From: Octopus vulgaris
Taxonomy: Eukaryota
Assembly (NCBI GenBank): GCA_951406725.2
Contig: OX597828.1
Coordinates: 49,910,001 to 49,974,000 of the forward strand
Direction of reading: 5' to 3'
Length of the DNA stretch: 64,000 nt
Below the pieces are notes generated by a model. The model ran no database searches. It was not told the DNA's origin and worked only from the letters and a program-made list of their open reading frames with translations. A program made the position numbers and the translations under genes. Position 1 is the stretch's first letter. Every line of letters begins with the position of its first letter. Positions 26,967-40,575 of the stretch are shown here, in pieces.

Positions 26967-27441
26967 TATGTATATGTATATATATATCCATATACCTGTG
27001 TACCTATGTGTGTTTGTTGTGTATCTTAATCATTGCTGACTCCAGTTTCATGTGAAGCTGAAAGTAAAGTAACAGTTTCTGAAATGTCTGTTGGTTCATG
27101 TGCATAAGGTCAAATTACTCAAATGACTGGAGAACGATGTTAAATTAATTTAAAAGTCTCTAGAGCTGTGTTAAAAATGACCAATAAACAAGTGTGTTTA
27201 TGTCAGCTGCTGCTGAAGTGGTTGCTTGAAATGTTGCAGAGTTGGTTTCTGTAGGTAGTAAGAATAAACTTGATATCTCCACTGATGAAGTGACAGTCTG
27301 GATCTATATACTTGGTGAGGTTAATTAGGGAGATGAAGTTTCAGAGAGATATATTTATTTCTTATGAAATATAATAAATTATATATCTGATAACAGCTGG
27401 AAGGATAGGGAGCAGTCTGTAAAAAAATAAACTGAAAATAT

Positions 27442-27840
27442 ACTCTCTCTCTTTTACTCTTTTACTTGTTCCAGTCATTTGACTGTGGTCATGCTGGATC
27501 ACCGCCTTTAGTTGAGCAAATCTTATTCTTTGTAAACCTAGTACTTATTCTATCGCTTTTTTTTTTTGCCGAACCGCTAAGTAACGGGGACGTAAACACA
27601 CCACCATCAGTTGTCAAGCGATGTTGGGGGGAAAAACACAGACACACACACCTATATACATATACATATATACAACGGGCTTCTTTCAGTTTCTTTCTAC
27701 CAAATCCACTCTCAAGGCTTTGGTCAGTCCGAGGCTATGGTAGAAGACACTTGCCCAAGGTGCCACGCAGTGGGACTGAACCCAGAACCATGTGGTTGCT
27801 AAGTAAGCTACTTACTTACCACACAGCCACTCCTTGCGCT
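27442..27840 (-). mobile_element. tRNA-derived SINE family B, ending ~110 bp upstream of the first visible Pur-alpha exon
   Basis: Same family sequence. It accounts for most of ORF 27466-28122. Confidence 0.88.
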
Positions 27841-27949
27841 TGGGGAAAAAGAAAAAAGAAACCTAATTTAAATTCTTTCTTCAGATTTTATCTGTATGTT
27901 TGTTCCTATGTATTTTCTTTTAAATTTGAATTCTGTGTTTATTTTCCAG

Positions 27950-28056
27950 GTTCTTATGAACGGGAACTTGCTACCAAGACTTTGATGATACAATCAAAAA
28001 GGTTCTACCTGGATGTTAAACAAAACAGAAGAGGAAGATTTATTAAAATTGCTGAG
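27950..28056 (+). CDS. PURA: Pur-alpha/PUR-family protein, first visible coding exon (PUR repeat I, N-half): (G)[35 protein letters not shown]
   Basis: Acceptor ttttccag at 27942-27949 and donor gtag at 28057. The translation matches the PUR repeat I signature [31 protein letters not shown]. Starts in phase 1, ends in phase 0. The Met-containing exon was not found in the window. Confidence 0.96.
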
Positions 28057-28607
28057 GTAGATTGTTTTTTTATTTTTCCCCTAAATGTTTTCAAATATTT
28101 TGTTCTAAATGTCATTTTCTAGATATCATTGTCTAATAGGGAATGATGTTGCTAACATGATTAAAAGCCATAGCTACTCTGTCCCTCTCTTAGGCTTTGT
28201 GTATTCATGACTACTCTCTCTGTTTAGTGTGCTTTTCCATTTTTTTAAATTGCAGGATGTAATTAGAAATTTGGTTGCTATTTCTAGTAAATAGAACAAC
28301 CACATAGAAACTCCCTCATTGTCTCATAGTTATGTCTAAAGTTTAAGTAGATAATAGATTATATACAGTGAGGCATTACGACTATGAGGTTTGTCAGCTC
28401 ATTAATCTTTGTATTAATTAGTGTATTGTTGCACACCTTGGCAAAGCACTTTGTTCTGCTCACTGCAGTCTGTCTACCTGTTGTTAGGTAGGCTGACTAG
28501 CTGGCACTTTTACCTCATAGGTGAGTGATTTATGGCAAAAAGAGGAGTTTTAAAGAGGTAAATATGTAAACTCCATTGAACAGGTCCAGTCATTATGTGG
28601 AAGCTGC

Positions 28608-28638
<31 letters not shown>

Positions 28639-28788
28639 TAATAACAATAATAATAATAACAATAATAATAATAATGGTGGTGGTGATAATGATGGGGTTT
28701 GTGGTGGTGATGATGGTGATGAAACAAAATAGGGCTCTTAAGACACAAAGAACATTCTGTTTATTTCATTGCAATCTTTATCCATTAA

Positions 28789-28994
28789 TCCTTTTGATAC
28801 CAACGTATCAGAGACCATTCATGGTTCTATGATACAAACTTTGTTTTAAATTGATCTAAATGAAAACTTCTTGAAATTTCATATTAAATTTATGTTCCAA
28901 ACATCAGCTTAATAATGGCTAAGTTATTTTACTAAATTCTTTATTACTGTAAAAAATTATTTGAAACAAAGGCAGAAATATGGTAACAAAAGGG
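28789..28994 (+). mobile_element. piggyBac-like MITE, family 2 (related pieces near 21.1-21.26 kb, 32.05-32.2 kb and 50.8-51.15 kb)
   Basis: Reads ttaa TCCTTTTGATACCA...TGGTAACAAAAGGG ctaa, with the shared interior ttaatttatgttccaaaca.cagcttaataat. Confidence 0.65.
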
Positions 28995-29554
28995 CTAATC
29001 TGTTGACAGGGACCCTCAGGCTAGGAATAGATTAAATGAAGATCAAGTGTTTTTCATGTCAGCTTTAGACAGACAGTAGCAAGTCTATTGTGTAGACTGT
29101 TGTTTGTTTTCACTCACTTCTGGTTTGTTGGAAGAATTCCTGCAAAGCTGGTTTGCTTCTGGTGTTGAATGTATGTGAGGTTCAAAGAGAGTATTTCTGA
29201 TGGCTGCAGCTTTGGAATAAAATATTAGGCAACTTGTTTAGTGTAGGGTTTGGTGTGTGAGACATGGAGGAGATGAAAGGGATAAAGGAAGCTTGAGGGT
29301 GAGGTGTGCAGCTTGGTAGTTCAGAATAGCAGAGGGTATTATAGTAGTATTGTTCGCTTTCCAGACATTTTTACATTACTGCATGTACTTTATATGCACT
29401 TTCTGACAAGTTGTGGTGCACCTGAGCACTGTATACAATAATTTCATTATTATTATAGAGAAGTGGCTAAGTATATTTTAGGTTGATTGAATGGACAAGT
29501 GAGTTAAGTATACTGCGGTGGTTGGTATTTAGATTCCTAGTTCCGGTTAGTTAA

Positions 29555-29770
29555 CCGTTTAGCGTTCACTTTATTCTGTCAAAAGTAATGCTTTTTTACT
29601 CAAATTGTTTTTAGTCATTCATTATCTGATAGCTTCAAAATTTTGATGACGTGGGAGTATATTTTCAGAATGACATTGTAGGGCAGGTATGAGAGGTCAT
29701 ATCTGGTCAGTTTGAGTATAAAACTGATAGAATATTTGAGCTGGATGTGGCCGGTTTAAATGCTGAAGGG
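29555..29770 (+). mobile_element. piggyBac-like MITE, family 1
   Basis: TTAA on both sides, termini CCGTTTAG...CTGAAGGG, and an interior similar to the 36155 copy. Confidence 0.75.
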
Positions 29771-30977
29771 TTAAATATTGCTACACAATTTGTTGCACCC
29801 AATGCTTTAAGATTTTCCTGGCTATGGACAGCATAGTGTAGCCTTGTAGTTAAGATGTTAAACTTGTGATTGTAAAGTCATGGGTTCAGTTTGTAGGCCA
29901 AGTGCTGCATCATGTCTTTGAGTAAAGTATTTCATTTCACATTACTCCAGCCTACTCAACTGCAAATGAGTACCAAGTGAGTACTGACGCAGCCTTCTGT
30001 CTGTCTCTCCCTTCAGCTGTTAAATCATCCAGAATGTTCCTCTGGCTCAAGTGGGGACGGAGTGAGAGGGGTGGGGCCTGTGACCACTTGTGGCTCCAGA
30101 GATGCCTAAAACATGGTATGTGCTACTAAGTCATACTCACAATTGGTGGCTATGGATATAGCAAATAAGTGTTTTAGGTGAAACTATCAACAATCATTGA
30201 AGTTACTTGAAAATCAACAGGCAAGCAGGTAGTGGCATTGGGTACACCTCTTCCATAGATCAATATCATTGAAAGGTAATATTTAAACCAACTATGCTAG
30301 TTATGTTAATGAGAGACTAGCAGACTGGTACTGCATTAGCATTAGGATTCTATAAAGCTGGCTTATATTGTGTTAGCACCCTACTTTTACGGGATGTTAC
30401 AGGACATTTTTGTTCATGTGAGTACAGCCACTGAAAATGAATATTATTTTGAAATAATGTGAAGAATGTTGCAGTGATTTCTTCATTGAACTCGTGACTT
30501 TATTGATTTTGGTGTTGCAAAACATATAAAGAGTTTGATGAGATGGCTATTTATTACATATATGTCATCATTATCATCATCATTATCATCATCATTTTAA
30601 TGTCAACTTTTCCATTCTTTGATGGGTCGGATGGAATTTATTGAAGTAGATTTTCTCTGATCAAATGTCCTCCCTGTTGCTAACCCTCACCTGTGTCCTG
30701 GCAAGGTAATATTTTCCCATGGCCAGAAATGAATAACACTGCTTGTACGACAGTGATACCCATTTACAACTATCACACCGTTCCAAAACAAGGAATCACT
30801 AGCATATGCACCTTCGTACTCATGTACTTCTTTCAGTTTCCATATACCAAATCCACTCTGGCCTGGGACTATAGAAGGAAACACATGCCTGAAATGACAT
30901 ACTGTGGGATTGAACCCGGAACCATGTGGTTGGGAAACAAACTTTTTAGCCACACAGCAATGCTTGTGCCTACAGCC

Positions 30978-31024
<47 letters not shown>

Positions 31025-31027
<3 letters not shown>

Positions 31028-31361
31028 CATCGACTGGCCTCCGTGCTGTGGGCATGTAACAAACAACATCCGAGCGTGGCCGTTCACCAGCCTCGTCTGG
31101 CACCTGTGTCGGTGGCACATAAGAAAACATCATCCGAGCGTGGCCGTCTGCCAGCCTCGTCTGGCACCTGTGTCGGTGGCACATAAAATCACCCACTACA
31201 CTCTCGGAGTGGTTGGCGTTAGGAAGGGCATCCAGCTGTAGAAACACTGCCAGATCTGACTGGCCTGGTGCAGCCTTCGAGCTTGCCAGACCCCAGTTGA
31301 ACCATCCAACCCATGCTAGCATGGAAAGCGGACGTTAAACGATGATGATGATGATGATGAT
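31025..31361 (+). mobile_element. SINE-like family A copy
   Basis: Core plus (GAT)n tail, lying tail-to-tail with a family B copy. Confidence 0.85.
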
Positions 31362-31601
31362 ATACTCTCTCTTTTACTCTTTTACTTGTTTCAGTCATTT
31401 TGACTGCGGCCATGCTGGAGCACCGCCTTTAGTCGAGCAAATCGATCCCGGGACTTATTCTTTGTAAGCCCAGTGCTTATTCTATCGGTCTGTTTTGCCG
31501 AACTGCTAAGTGACGGGGACGTAAACACACCAGCATCGGTTGTCAAGCAATGCTAGGGGGACAAACACAGACACACACACACACACACACACATATACAT
31601 A

Positions 31602-31653
<52 letters not shown>

Positions 31654-31820
31654 TATGACAGGCTTCTTTCAGTTTCCGTCTACCAAATCCATTCACAAGG
31701 CATTGGTCGGCCCGGGGCTATAGCAGAAGACACTTGCCCAAGATGCCACGCAGTGGGACTGAACCCGGAACCATGTGGTTGGTTAGCAAGCTACTTACCA
31801 CACAGCCACTCCTGCGCCTC
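31362..31820 (-). mobile_element. tRNA-derived SINE family B (young)
   Basis: Near-identical to the reverse complement of 40159-40575. Confidence 0.9.
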
Positions 31821-32399
31821 TGTATTTTTGGTTGTGTTTTATCTAGGATGGTGTCATTGCTTTGTACACAAACTTTTTGAATTGCATAAAAAAGAAAAAT
31901 GGCCATTTGGTTGATTGGAAAGATTCCTTTACCAACAGATTACAATCACTGATGCAGAGTATCTCTGTTTCTTATTTCTGACTCTTGGCTGTTTTGATGC
32001 TTCTTTGCCTGAGATTACTCTTGGTTCTATCATACAAACTTGCTGATACATTAAAACTCCCCCTTGAAATTTCATGTTAATTCATGCTTCAAACATCAGA
32101 TTAATAATGACCAAATTATTTTATTCAATTCTTTATTATTTTCCTAATAAATTGAAACAAAAGTAGTGTCTTTCAACAGAAATATGGTAATGAAAGGATT
32201 CCATCACTATCACTGTGGCCTTTGCTCTTCTGAAATAACAAACTACACATTTCTTAAGAATATTTGTCTTTCTTCCTTCCATCACCGTTACTAGCACATG
32301 TATCAGACTTCTCATTAATTTCTTTGTCATATCAGTCTTTCCCAGAACTATTTCCTCCTCTTAGAATTCCTCAACCTTCTCCTTATGTTTTTTCCTGTT

Positions 32400-33210
32400 A
32401 GAAAATGAACAGGACCACTTTTATGATATTCTTCTGCAGGCTACCTCAAAGACAAGTGACAATGATTTCATCTTTGTGGCTGGGGATTTCAATGGGCATG
32501 TCAGACAGCAGCCTGGTATCTTCCATGATGTTTGTTTCCCGCAATGAAGAGGGAACAAGGCTACTGGAGCTCTGTGATGCAAATAACCTTTTGATCTGCA
32601 GCACCAACTTCAGGAAGCCAGCCAGCCACTTAATAACCTATCAATCAGGTGACTCTTCTAGCTAGATCGATTTCATTTTCACCAGACAGGGGATGCATGG
32701 TTACTCTTAAATACAAAGACCCTCTCTGGTGAAGAATGTACCCTGCCTCCCAGCATAGGCTAGTCATTAGTGACTTTAGATTCAAGGCCAGAAGAATGCC
32801 AAGAAGCAGACCAATCTTGAAAAGAAGGATTTGGAAGCTTAAGGACCCTTTGTATGGTCAGAGATTTAGGGACATCCTAATTGAGAAATTTGATGAGAGG
32901 GAGGAGGAGCTTCAAACTTATGACATAAAGGGCAACTGGGAATTCCTGCAAGACAGCTTGCTGAGTGCCACAAACCAAATCTGTGACTGGTGCAAAGTCC
33001 CTTCCAGACCTAGGATAACGTGGTGGTGGAAAATACTGTAGACAGGGCCATTTGAGTAAAGAAACAGGCCTGGAAGAGTGGGAGCAGCAAGGAATTGTAT
33101 CAGATAGCCAGAAGGGAAGCTAGAAGACAGGTATATCTAGCCAAGAGAGAAACATGTTCAGCGTCATGAGGACCAAAGAACTGAAGTATTTTGGATTGCA
33201 AGACAGTGTT
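32400..33210 (+). mobile_element. RTE-clade LINE fragment (AP endonuclease and linker)
   Basis: Frameshifted pieces: FIFVAGDFNGHV, SRNEEGTRLLELCDANNLLICSTNFRKPASHLITYQSG, IDFI, SQHRLVISDF, IWKLKDP, WWW. Confidence 0.85.
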
Positions 33211-35699
33211 CAGCACAGTGAAAGCAATACAGAAATCAGAATGAAAGGAATGTGTTGCATTAGAGGATGTCGGGGCTATTTTAGTGTCAACATTCACCCA
33301 GAGCTACAGGTTGCAAACCATTGACCAGTTTGGAGAGTTCATTTAAAGAAAACATCTTTTTGAGAATGAAATGAAGAAGACACTCCTCCAAGAAGGAATA
33401 ATGGGAAAATGGGTTTATTGAGTTGAGACACTGAAAAATTTCATCGAAAATGGAGGAGAAGACAAGAAATTATTACAGACTTAAAGAGTTAGACACCTGC
33501 TTCTATATTCATAGTCATTAATTAGCTTATTAGGTAGCTCTAGTTAAAATGCTGGGTCTCATTCTTCCCTATTGGAAGTGTTGTGTCAAGTTAGTGAATT
33601 TTACTATTTTAATTAAGAACAGTATTGATGGGACCAATATTAGGTTTGAACTTCTCTAAGTCATCATCATCATCATCATCATTTAACGTCCATTGTCCAT
33701 GCTGGCATGGATTGGAACAACTCCGGTTTTGTTTCTCCTCTTATTAAGGTGACATGGCAACAAATATTGTAACTTTATTAAATTTGTTATTGCTGAAACT
33801 CATGAATGAGTTTGAGAGACCTCATCCATTATTTATAAAATTGTCTTCATGGTACTCTGGGGGTGTATTGAGAACTGAAGTAAGGATTCATATTCTCTTT
33901 ATTCCACATAACATATAAAAAAAGGTCTTTTATAAACTCTGATGAGGAATCACTGATGAAGAATGGCTCCACAAGCTTATTTCATTAACTGTAATACCTG
34001 TTAACAAATTCCCTTTTTAAGGAAAAAAGGACTGTTATCTCTAAGACCTTTTGGATACACATCACCATCAAAGGGTCAGGCAATAATATTCCTAACACTT
34101 GGAAATATTTCATGTATCATAAATTTTGGTCATTCACGGAAGAGTTACAGAGGTAGAAGCAAGACATGTAAAATCTATAAAAAGAAACCTCTAAGCTATC
34201 AGATGTAAATATAAAATCTCCAAGACTTAATGGTTTTCTTAAATCCAAATGGATATATTCTAGGTGAAGAAATAAAAAAAATTTCATACTAATTCAGAAT
34301 GACAAATCTGTTGTCATCATCACCACTTTACATCCAATTTTCCTTAGTGACATGGGTTAGACAGGTCTCACAGTGAGTCATCACTTATCATAATCCTCAT
34401 TATACCTGTCACTCTACTGTATGTACTGGGTATGGGTATATTTTGTCATGTTATTGGCACTAGAGATGCTGGCCCCTCTAGATGTATCCGTTCTCTTTTG
34501 GAGCTACTACTCTTTTAAACAAAAAGCCTATGATGAGGTTTGCCTCATTCATACACCCCATTTTTTTTTGTTTTTTTTTGCATTAGCAATGATAAGGTAT
34601 ATTTCAACTGTAAATAATTCTCAGAGTAAAAACTAATTAACAACACTGACTCTCATTATTATATGCTCTACTGAAATACTAATCAAGTATGGAAAAAAGA
34701 CAAGACAAAATAGATTAAACTGTACCGACTTGTCCTAAATCACTGTTGGAAGCATGAAAAAAAACAACTAAAACAAAACAAAGGCACTTGTTTGTATGAA
34801 AGCAGGTTGGATTCCATTAAACAAAATATATAACCCTAAAAATTCAACCAATTATTTTATAAGGCTACTCCACAGGACAACTACCAATTCAAGTTAAAAT
34901 AAAAAATACATCAACTAAAAATAAAAAACAAAACTGCCCTAAAAAATTATAACTTAACCCTATACACCCTCTAATATGTATATTTTGTGTAGCTGCAAGA
35001 AAAGTGAACCTTTGCTTTGTAGAGGTAGACAAATACTCTTTCTCATTAATATCATATCATAAATACATAAGATAATCCAGTAGAACTGCAGACACTTAAA
35101 GATTAAGAAAGCTAAGGTTCATACTTTAATATTTTTCTCTTGTATTGTGTTTCCAAGAAAAAACATTTTCAGAATTTTAGTAATAAAGTAATCAAGATTT
35201 TGTGTAAACTTTGATATTTTGCACACACATTGAAAGCATTTATGTAGCAGGGTGAAAGTATTTATATTGTACATCTTGTCTGAGATCATTATTTAATATT
35301 TTACGTTTCCTTACAAACTTAGATCTACATAACAAAATCTAAATTTTTAACACTCACCTCTCCCTCAATTGTTAGAATGTTCTAAATTGTTATATACACC
35401 TCAATCAATAGACATTCATATAAATTAAGGCTTGGTCTATTAATACCTTTCAAAAGAAATTAAACCTGAATCATACAAGTAGAACATTCCTGGTGTGATG
35501 TAAACCAGTTAATGAAATCATTATCATCATTATCATCATCGTTTAACATCTGCCTTCCATGCTGGCATGGGTTGGACAAATCATTTCAACATTTCCCATC
35601 AGCCATCATTTACTTTTGGTAATGTTATTCATGGGTCTGCCTTCTACTCAGGGCTAAAGACCTGATCTGTAGCTAATGCAAGATTCCAGCCAGGTGGAA

Positions 35700-36835
35700 A
35701 CTAACATGTTGGTGGTATAAAGATATAAAAGCTAAAATACAGGTCAAGAAAGACTGGAAGAAACAAGGAAAATATAAAGGACATTATTAAAGGACTGGAA
35801 GAGAAACTCAATGTCAGATGCATTTAGCAAGAAGAGGAGCCAAATGTAAAAGTTTTGAACATGTTCTGGGACAGGAGGATCAGAGGCATAAGGTGCTTTG
35901 GATTGCAGACAATGTGCTAGATGCAATCAAGACATCGTTGGGGAGAAATGTGTGCAGAATGATAGCGGTGCACTTGCCCTTACTGACACTGAAAAGAAAT
36001 AGGCATGGAAATACTATTATGAGAGATTAGTAGAATTAGTAGAAAGCATGAAGGACAGAGGTGACGGTGGTGGAAGGGGCTTACTCCAAGTAAACTCAAT
36101 AAAAGAACTAGCCAATGAATGAAGATGACTGTCATATGTTGAAAGTATGATTAACCCTTTAGTGTTCGCATTATTCTTCCAAAATTAATGCTTTTTAATC
36201 CACATTGCCTTGAACTAATCATGCATTATCTTGTAGCTTTGAGATTTTGATGAGGTAGCTGTTAATTTTTAAAATGATATTGCAGGGTTGGTGTGAGAGA
36301 CCAGATCTAGTCAGTTTCAACATAAAATAGGCAGAATACTTTTGGCCAGATTTGGCCGGTTTAAATACTAAAGGGTTAAGGATCTGAAAGCAGAGAAGGC
36401 AGCTGGGCCATCAGGGGATAATTGCTGAGATGCTTAAAACATCAGCTGAAATATGTCACTCATTGGTCAGTCATTGGTAATTAGTATAGGGTGATGCCTA
36501 AACTGACATAGCAGTATCATTGTTAATTACTGCAAGGGTAATGGAGATGCTCCAGAGAGAGGTTACTACAAAGGCATCATATTGATGGGGTTGGTTGTGA
36601 AAGGTGCTGAAAATGTTCTGGCACAACTATTTGAGAAAATAATTATTAGCTAAGATGATATGCAGTTTGGGTTTGTGCCAAGAAAGGAGACCATCAATGC
36701 CCTGAGAAGGTGTTACTGAGAGATCCATGCTTGTAGTCTGGTGATCAATAAGAAAAAGAGGGAGAAATGAATTGCTTGTGAGAGCTGTACATGTTATCTA
36801 CAGAAGTATTATCAGCCAGGTGAGAGTTACCATTG
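35700..36835 (+). mobile_element. RTE-clade LINE fragment (linker and start of reverse transcriptase), interrupted by a MITE
   Basis: Degenerate pieces: AWKYYYERL, KAAGPSG, IAEMLK, KGNGDAPERG, MQFGFVP. Confidence 0.75.
36155..36375 (+). mobile_element. piggyBac-like MITE, family 1, inserted into an RTE fragment
   Basis: TTAA at 36151-36154 and 36376-36379, with perfect CCCTTTAG/CTAAAGGG termini. Confidence 0.85.
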
Positions 36836-37646
36836 CCTGGCTGTAGATAATATTCAGTGACCTTACTGAGTTATGAATTCAACCATCTCGCTTTAATGAA
36901 TGAATATCACAACATCCAATGTGATATCTGCATAAGAAACCATTATTGTTGGATATATGAACATATTGTTTTATAAATATCTGTTAATATGTGTTTAAGA
37001 AATTGATCTAGGTTGGGTAGCTACATTGTAGTGTGTCTGATAGAAGGAGAGAGGGAGGGAGTGAGACAACTGTTATATGTGTAAGTATGTGATATCTCAC
37101 ATGTTATCCACAGCCCAAATTATTTTACCTTTGCTTTCCTATGCTGGCATGGGTTGGATGGGTCTTCAAAGACTAAGTCAGTCCTTATTCAGAATTACTG
37201 TCCTTGTAGATAGGTTGATGATCACCCTCAGTCATATTTTCCATTATTGGAATGTTTTCTATGGCTGGATACCCTTCCTACTAGCAACCACCTCACTGAG
37301 TATTCTGGATGCATGTTATTGAGGCACCAATACTGGAGATGTTGTCATGTCCTCAGCAAGACTATAGATATCTGATATTTACCTGATATTGTCTTCATTT
37401 GTTCATCCACCAGTACCATAGGGGCATTTTCCCTCCTGGTAGATAGGAGAAAGAGAGAAGGAAAAAAAATCAGTGAGAGGGTAAGGGAGGAGAAGATAAT
37501 GAAATGAAAGCAGGTTGGATAGAAACAGCTTGACTAGGGTGAGGTAGGAAGAGAGAGAGTGATAGGAGGAAGACAGAATTTTAGAAGATGGAGTACTGGA
37601 AGTGAGAGAATGATGGGAAAGAGAAAATGATAGATATCAAAAATGA

Positions 37647-37678
<32 letters not shown>

Positions 37679-37854
37679 TGAGTAGCATGGTTATCAATTA
37701 TTTATTATTTTTATTCATACTTTGTGAAATCAATCAATTAAATTACTATTTCCACTTTCTTACTGAAAATTCTGATAAATTATTTCATGCCTCATTAATT
37801 TTTTTCGTTCAATTTTATATTTCGTAACTGTTTTTGGGAAAATAAGAGTTGACA

Positions 37855-38160
37855 TTATCACCACCACCACCACCATTATTATCATCATCATCATCATCAT
37901 CATCATGGATATCATTGCTATTACAGCTATCACCATCATTGTCATCACAAGCACTACAGCCTCCACCACTACATCATCATCAAGGTCGTGATCATTAGTA
38001 ACTCTACCATCATAAACATTGCCATCACAATTGATGACACTATCATCATCATCATCATCACTGCTGCCATTACCACCACCACTGCCTCTACACCACCATT
38101 ATCTTCATTATTGTCATTACTGTCATCATCATCACCGCTACCACCACCACCACCACCTCT
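37855..38160. repeat. Degenerate (CAT/CAC)n trinucleotide tract
   Basis: Directly visible low-complexity sequence. Confidence 0.85.
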
Positions 38161-38762
38161 ATGAATCCATTATTTTATGCTAACCATTTCGGCAATGCCT
38201 GTTAAGCATACCAATTGGAAGTCAGTAACCATTTTGGTAGCCTAGTTGATTGTTAGGGCAGACTTTCAATTCTTTATTCAAGGGACCGGGCTCCAGTTGT
38301 ATCTGTTGTGGGTGGGGTGGTCTCCACTTGATCCCTACTGTAGCCTTTACCAAATAGGGGTAGAGTGCAAGAAAAGATGCAGTAGGAAGCAATACATCAA
38401 GGCATCAAATTATCCCCTGACTAGAAACTCAATCTGAATACCTGCTGCAGAGGTACATGATAAGAGGATGCCAAAGGTCCCTTGGTTTTAAACCAAGTTA
38501 AAACTACAGATCCGGAGACTAGCATTGGAATTATTATGAACCTCTTGGATTTCTCTAATAAATTCAGTAGTATTATCAAAATTAAGGATGAAAAAGACAA
38601 TGCAATTCCTAAAATATATAAGGAAACCTTTATATTTCTGTATTTGCCCTTGTTGATTGACATGTACATCTTTGAACAAACAAATTATAAAATAGGCCAG
38701 TGAAACTTCCTTTTCATAGAATGTGTTAATGTATTGTTAAGTCTGTTCATATTCTAATGTAG

Positions 38763-38865
38763 GTTGGTGCTGGTGGAAAGAAGAGCCGTCTCCTTCTGGC
38801 TATGTCAACAGCTGCAGAATTTCGTGACAATCTAACAGATTTCAGTGAACATTATGCTTCATTGG
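38763..38865 (+). CDS. PURA: Pur-alpha exon (repeat I, C-half): [34 protein letters not shown](G)
   Basis: Acceptor tag ending at 38762 and donor gtaag at 38866. In frame with the previous exon and matches the PUR VGAGGxKSRLxLxMSxAxEFRD motif. Not present in the ORF track. Confidence 0.96.
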
Positions 38866-40158
38866 GTAAGTTCTTTGCAGTTGGAACTTCTTAAAGTTAA
38901 TGTATTTTTTATATTGTTTTAATGTATGGCAAATTTGTTTCTAGAGAGAACATTGTGTGAATGTGGTGTAAGATTGTTCATAAACTGTTGAAGCATACCT
39001 GGATAGATCCTCTTTCTAATTTCAACAATTTGAAATGTGGCTGCCACTTATTTCATCTTTGTGGGCTATATGTAAATAATGTATTGGTCTAATTTTTTTT
39101 TTGTCATTAACTACTCTGAAAGAGGTGATATTATATATATTGTTACATCAAAACAAGTGTCTGTTCGCTGCTGTTGAGTAGCTACACTCAAAGAATTCAT
39201 ACAGTATGGAATTTGTGGAGTGAATAATTATGAATAACTTACAATTCAAGCACGCAGGATAAACCTAATTTCTATCTAATTTGGAACTCTGTTGTATGTT
39301 CTGACATGCAATGTCCATTAGTGTGGTAGTAAGGGGATGTTATATCTCCAATACGAATGAAGACACTGGAGCTACAACCTTATATGTAATGCAGTTATTT
39401 TAGTGTTGTTAAATCTCAAAGTGATTCCCAACCCATTGCCAATGATCAAATTAAAGAAGAGCAACTCCTGTCATCTAGCAATAGGTTACTCCATTTGTAG
39501 AGTGACTTGGTTCCAGACTGATTGGAGAGCAATGTTGCAACAAGATAAAGAAACTAATTATTTTTTAATATTTTATTATCAATGCTATACTGTACTATAG
39601 AATAGAGCTTTAGATTTTTAACCTAAATTATATGTGTAGATACGTATATAGACATCTTGTCTTTCTATGAATTATCTATGTGGACAGAAAAAGAAGAAGT
39701 ATCAGATTAGCATCTTCTTCAACTGTCCATGGAGTGAGTGCTTGTTATTACTGACAACTTAAATTAGACAAATTTTGCATATCTAACATATTCTTCGCAG
39801 TTGGTTTGATAAAAGAATTGTAGTAGAGCATATATTGATGGATTTTTAGCCAAGACTGAATGTATAGACAGATGTAAACACCTTTATTTATTTATTTAAA
39901 TATATATATATATCTTTGTGGATGGGAAAAGAGGGATCAGTGATTGAGGTCTTCTTTAACTATCCCTACAGTTGCTGCTTATAAATCCACTGTTATTAAG
40001 GGTTTAAGTAAATTGAGTCCTTTCTAACAATGGAGTTTACAAGTAATGTCCCTGTGCACAGTTAAAGATGGTATTCAGGCACTGATGAAATCCCAACATA
40101 AGATTGAAACCAGTTTGGCTGATCCCTCTTATTTATTCTCAAAGAATATATATATATA

Positions 40159-40575
40159 TAGGCGCAGGAGTGGCTGTGTGGTAAGTAGCTTGCTAACCAG
40201 CCACATGGTTCCGGGTTCAGTCCCACTGCGTGGCATCTTGGGCAAGTGTCTTCTGCTATAGCCCCGGGCCGACCAATGCCTTGTGAGTGGATTTGGTAGA
40301 CAGAAACTGAAAGAAGCCTGTCGTATATATGTATATATATATATATATGTATATGTGTGTGTGTTTGTGTGTCTGTGTTTGTCCTCCTAGCATTGCTTGA
40401 CAACCGATGCTGGTGTGTTTATGTCCCCGTAACTTAGCGGTTCGGCAAAAGAGACCGATAGAATAAGTACTGGGCTTACAAAGAATAAGTCCCGGGGTCG
40501 ATTTGATCGACTAAAGGCGGTGCTCCAGCATGGCCGCAGTCAAATAACTGAAACAAGTAAAAGAGTAAAAGAGTA
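40159..40575 (+). mobile_element. tRNA-derived SINE family B (young, apparently full length)
   Basis: Head ggcgcaggagtggctgtgtggtaag...gggttcagtccc, CORE-like cttgggcaagtgtcttct, and an (AGTAAAAG)n tail. Confidence 0.9.

Noticed and set aside
27466-28122. 218-aa ORF as a single-exon gene
   Set aside because: It is a chance fusion of antisense SINE sequence, intron and the real 107-nt Pur-alpha exon.
33939-33965. Two adjacent CTGATGA motifs
   Set aside because: No downstream GAAA or supporting stems.
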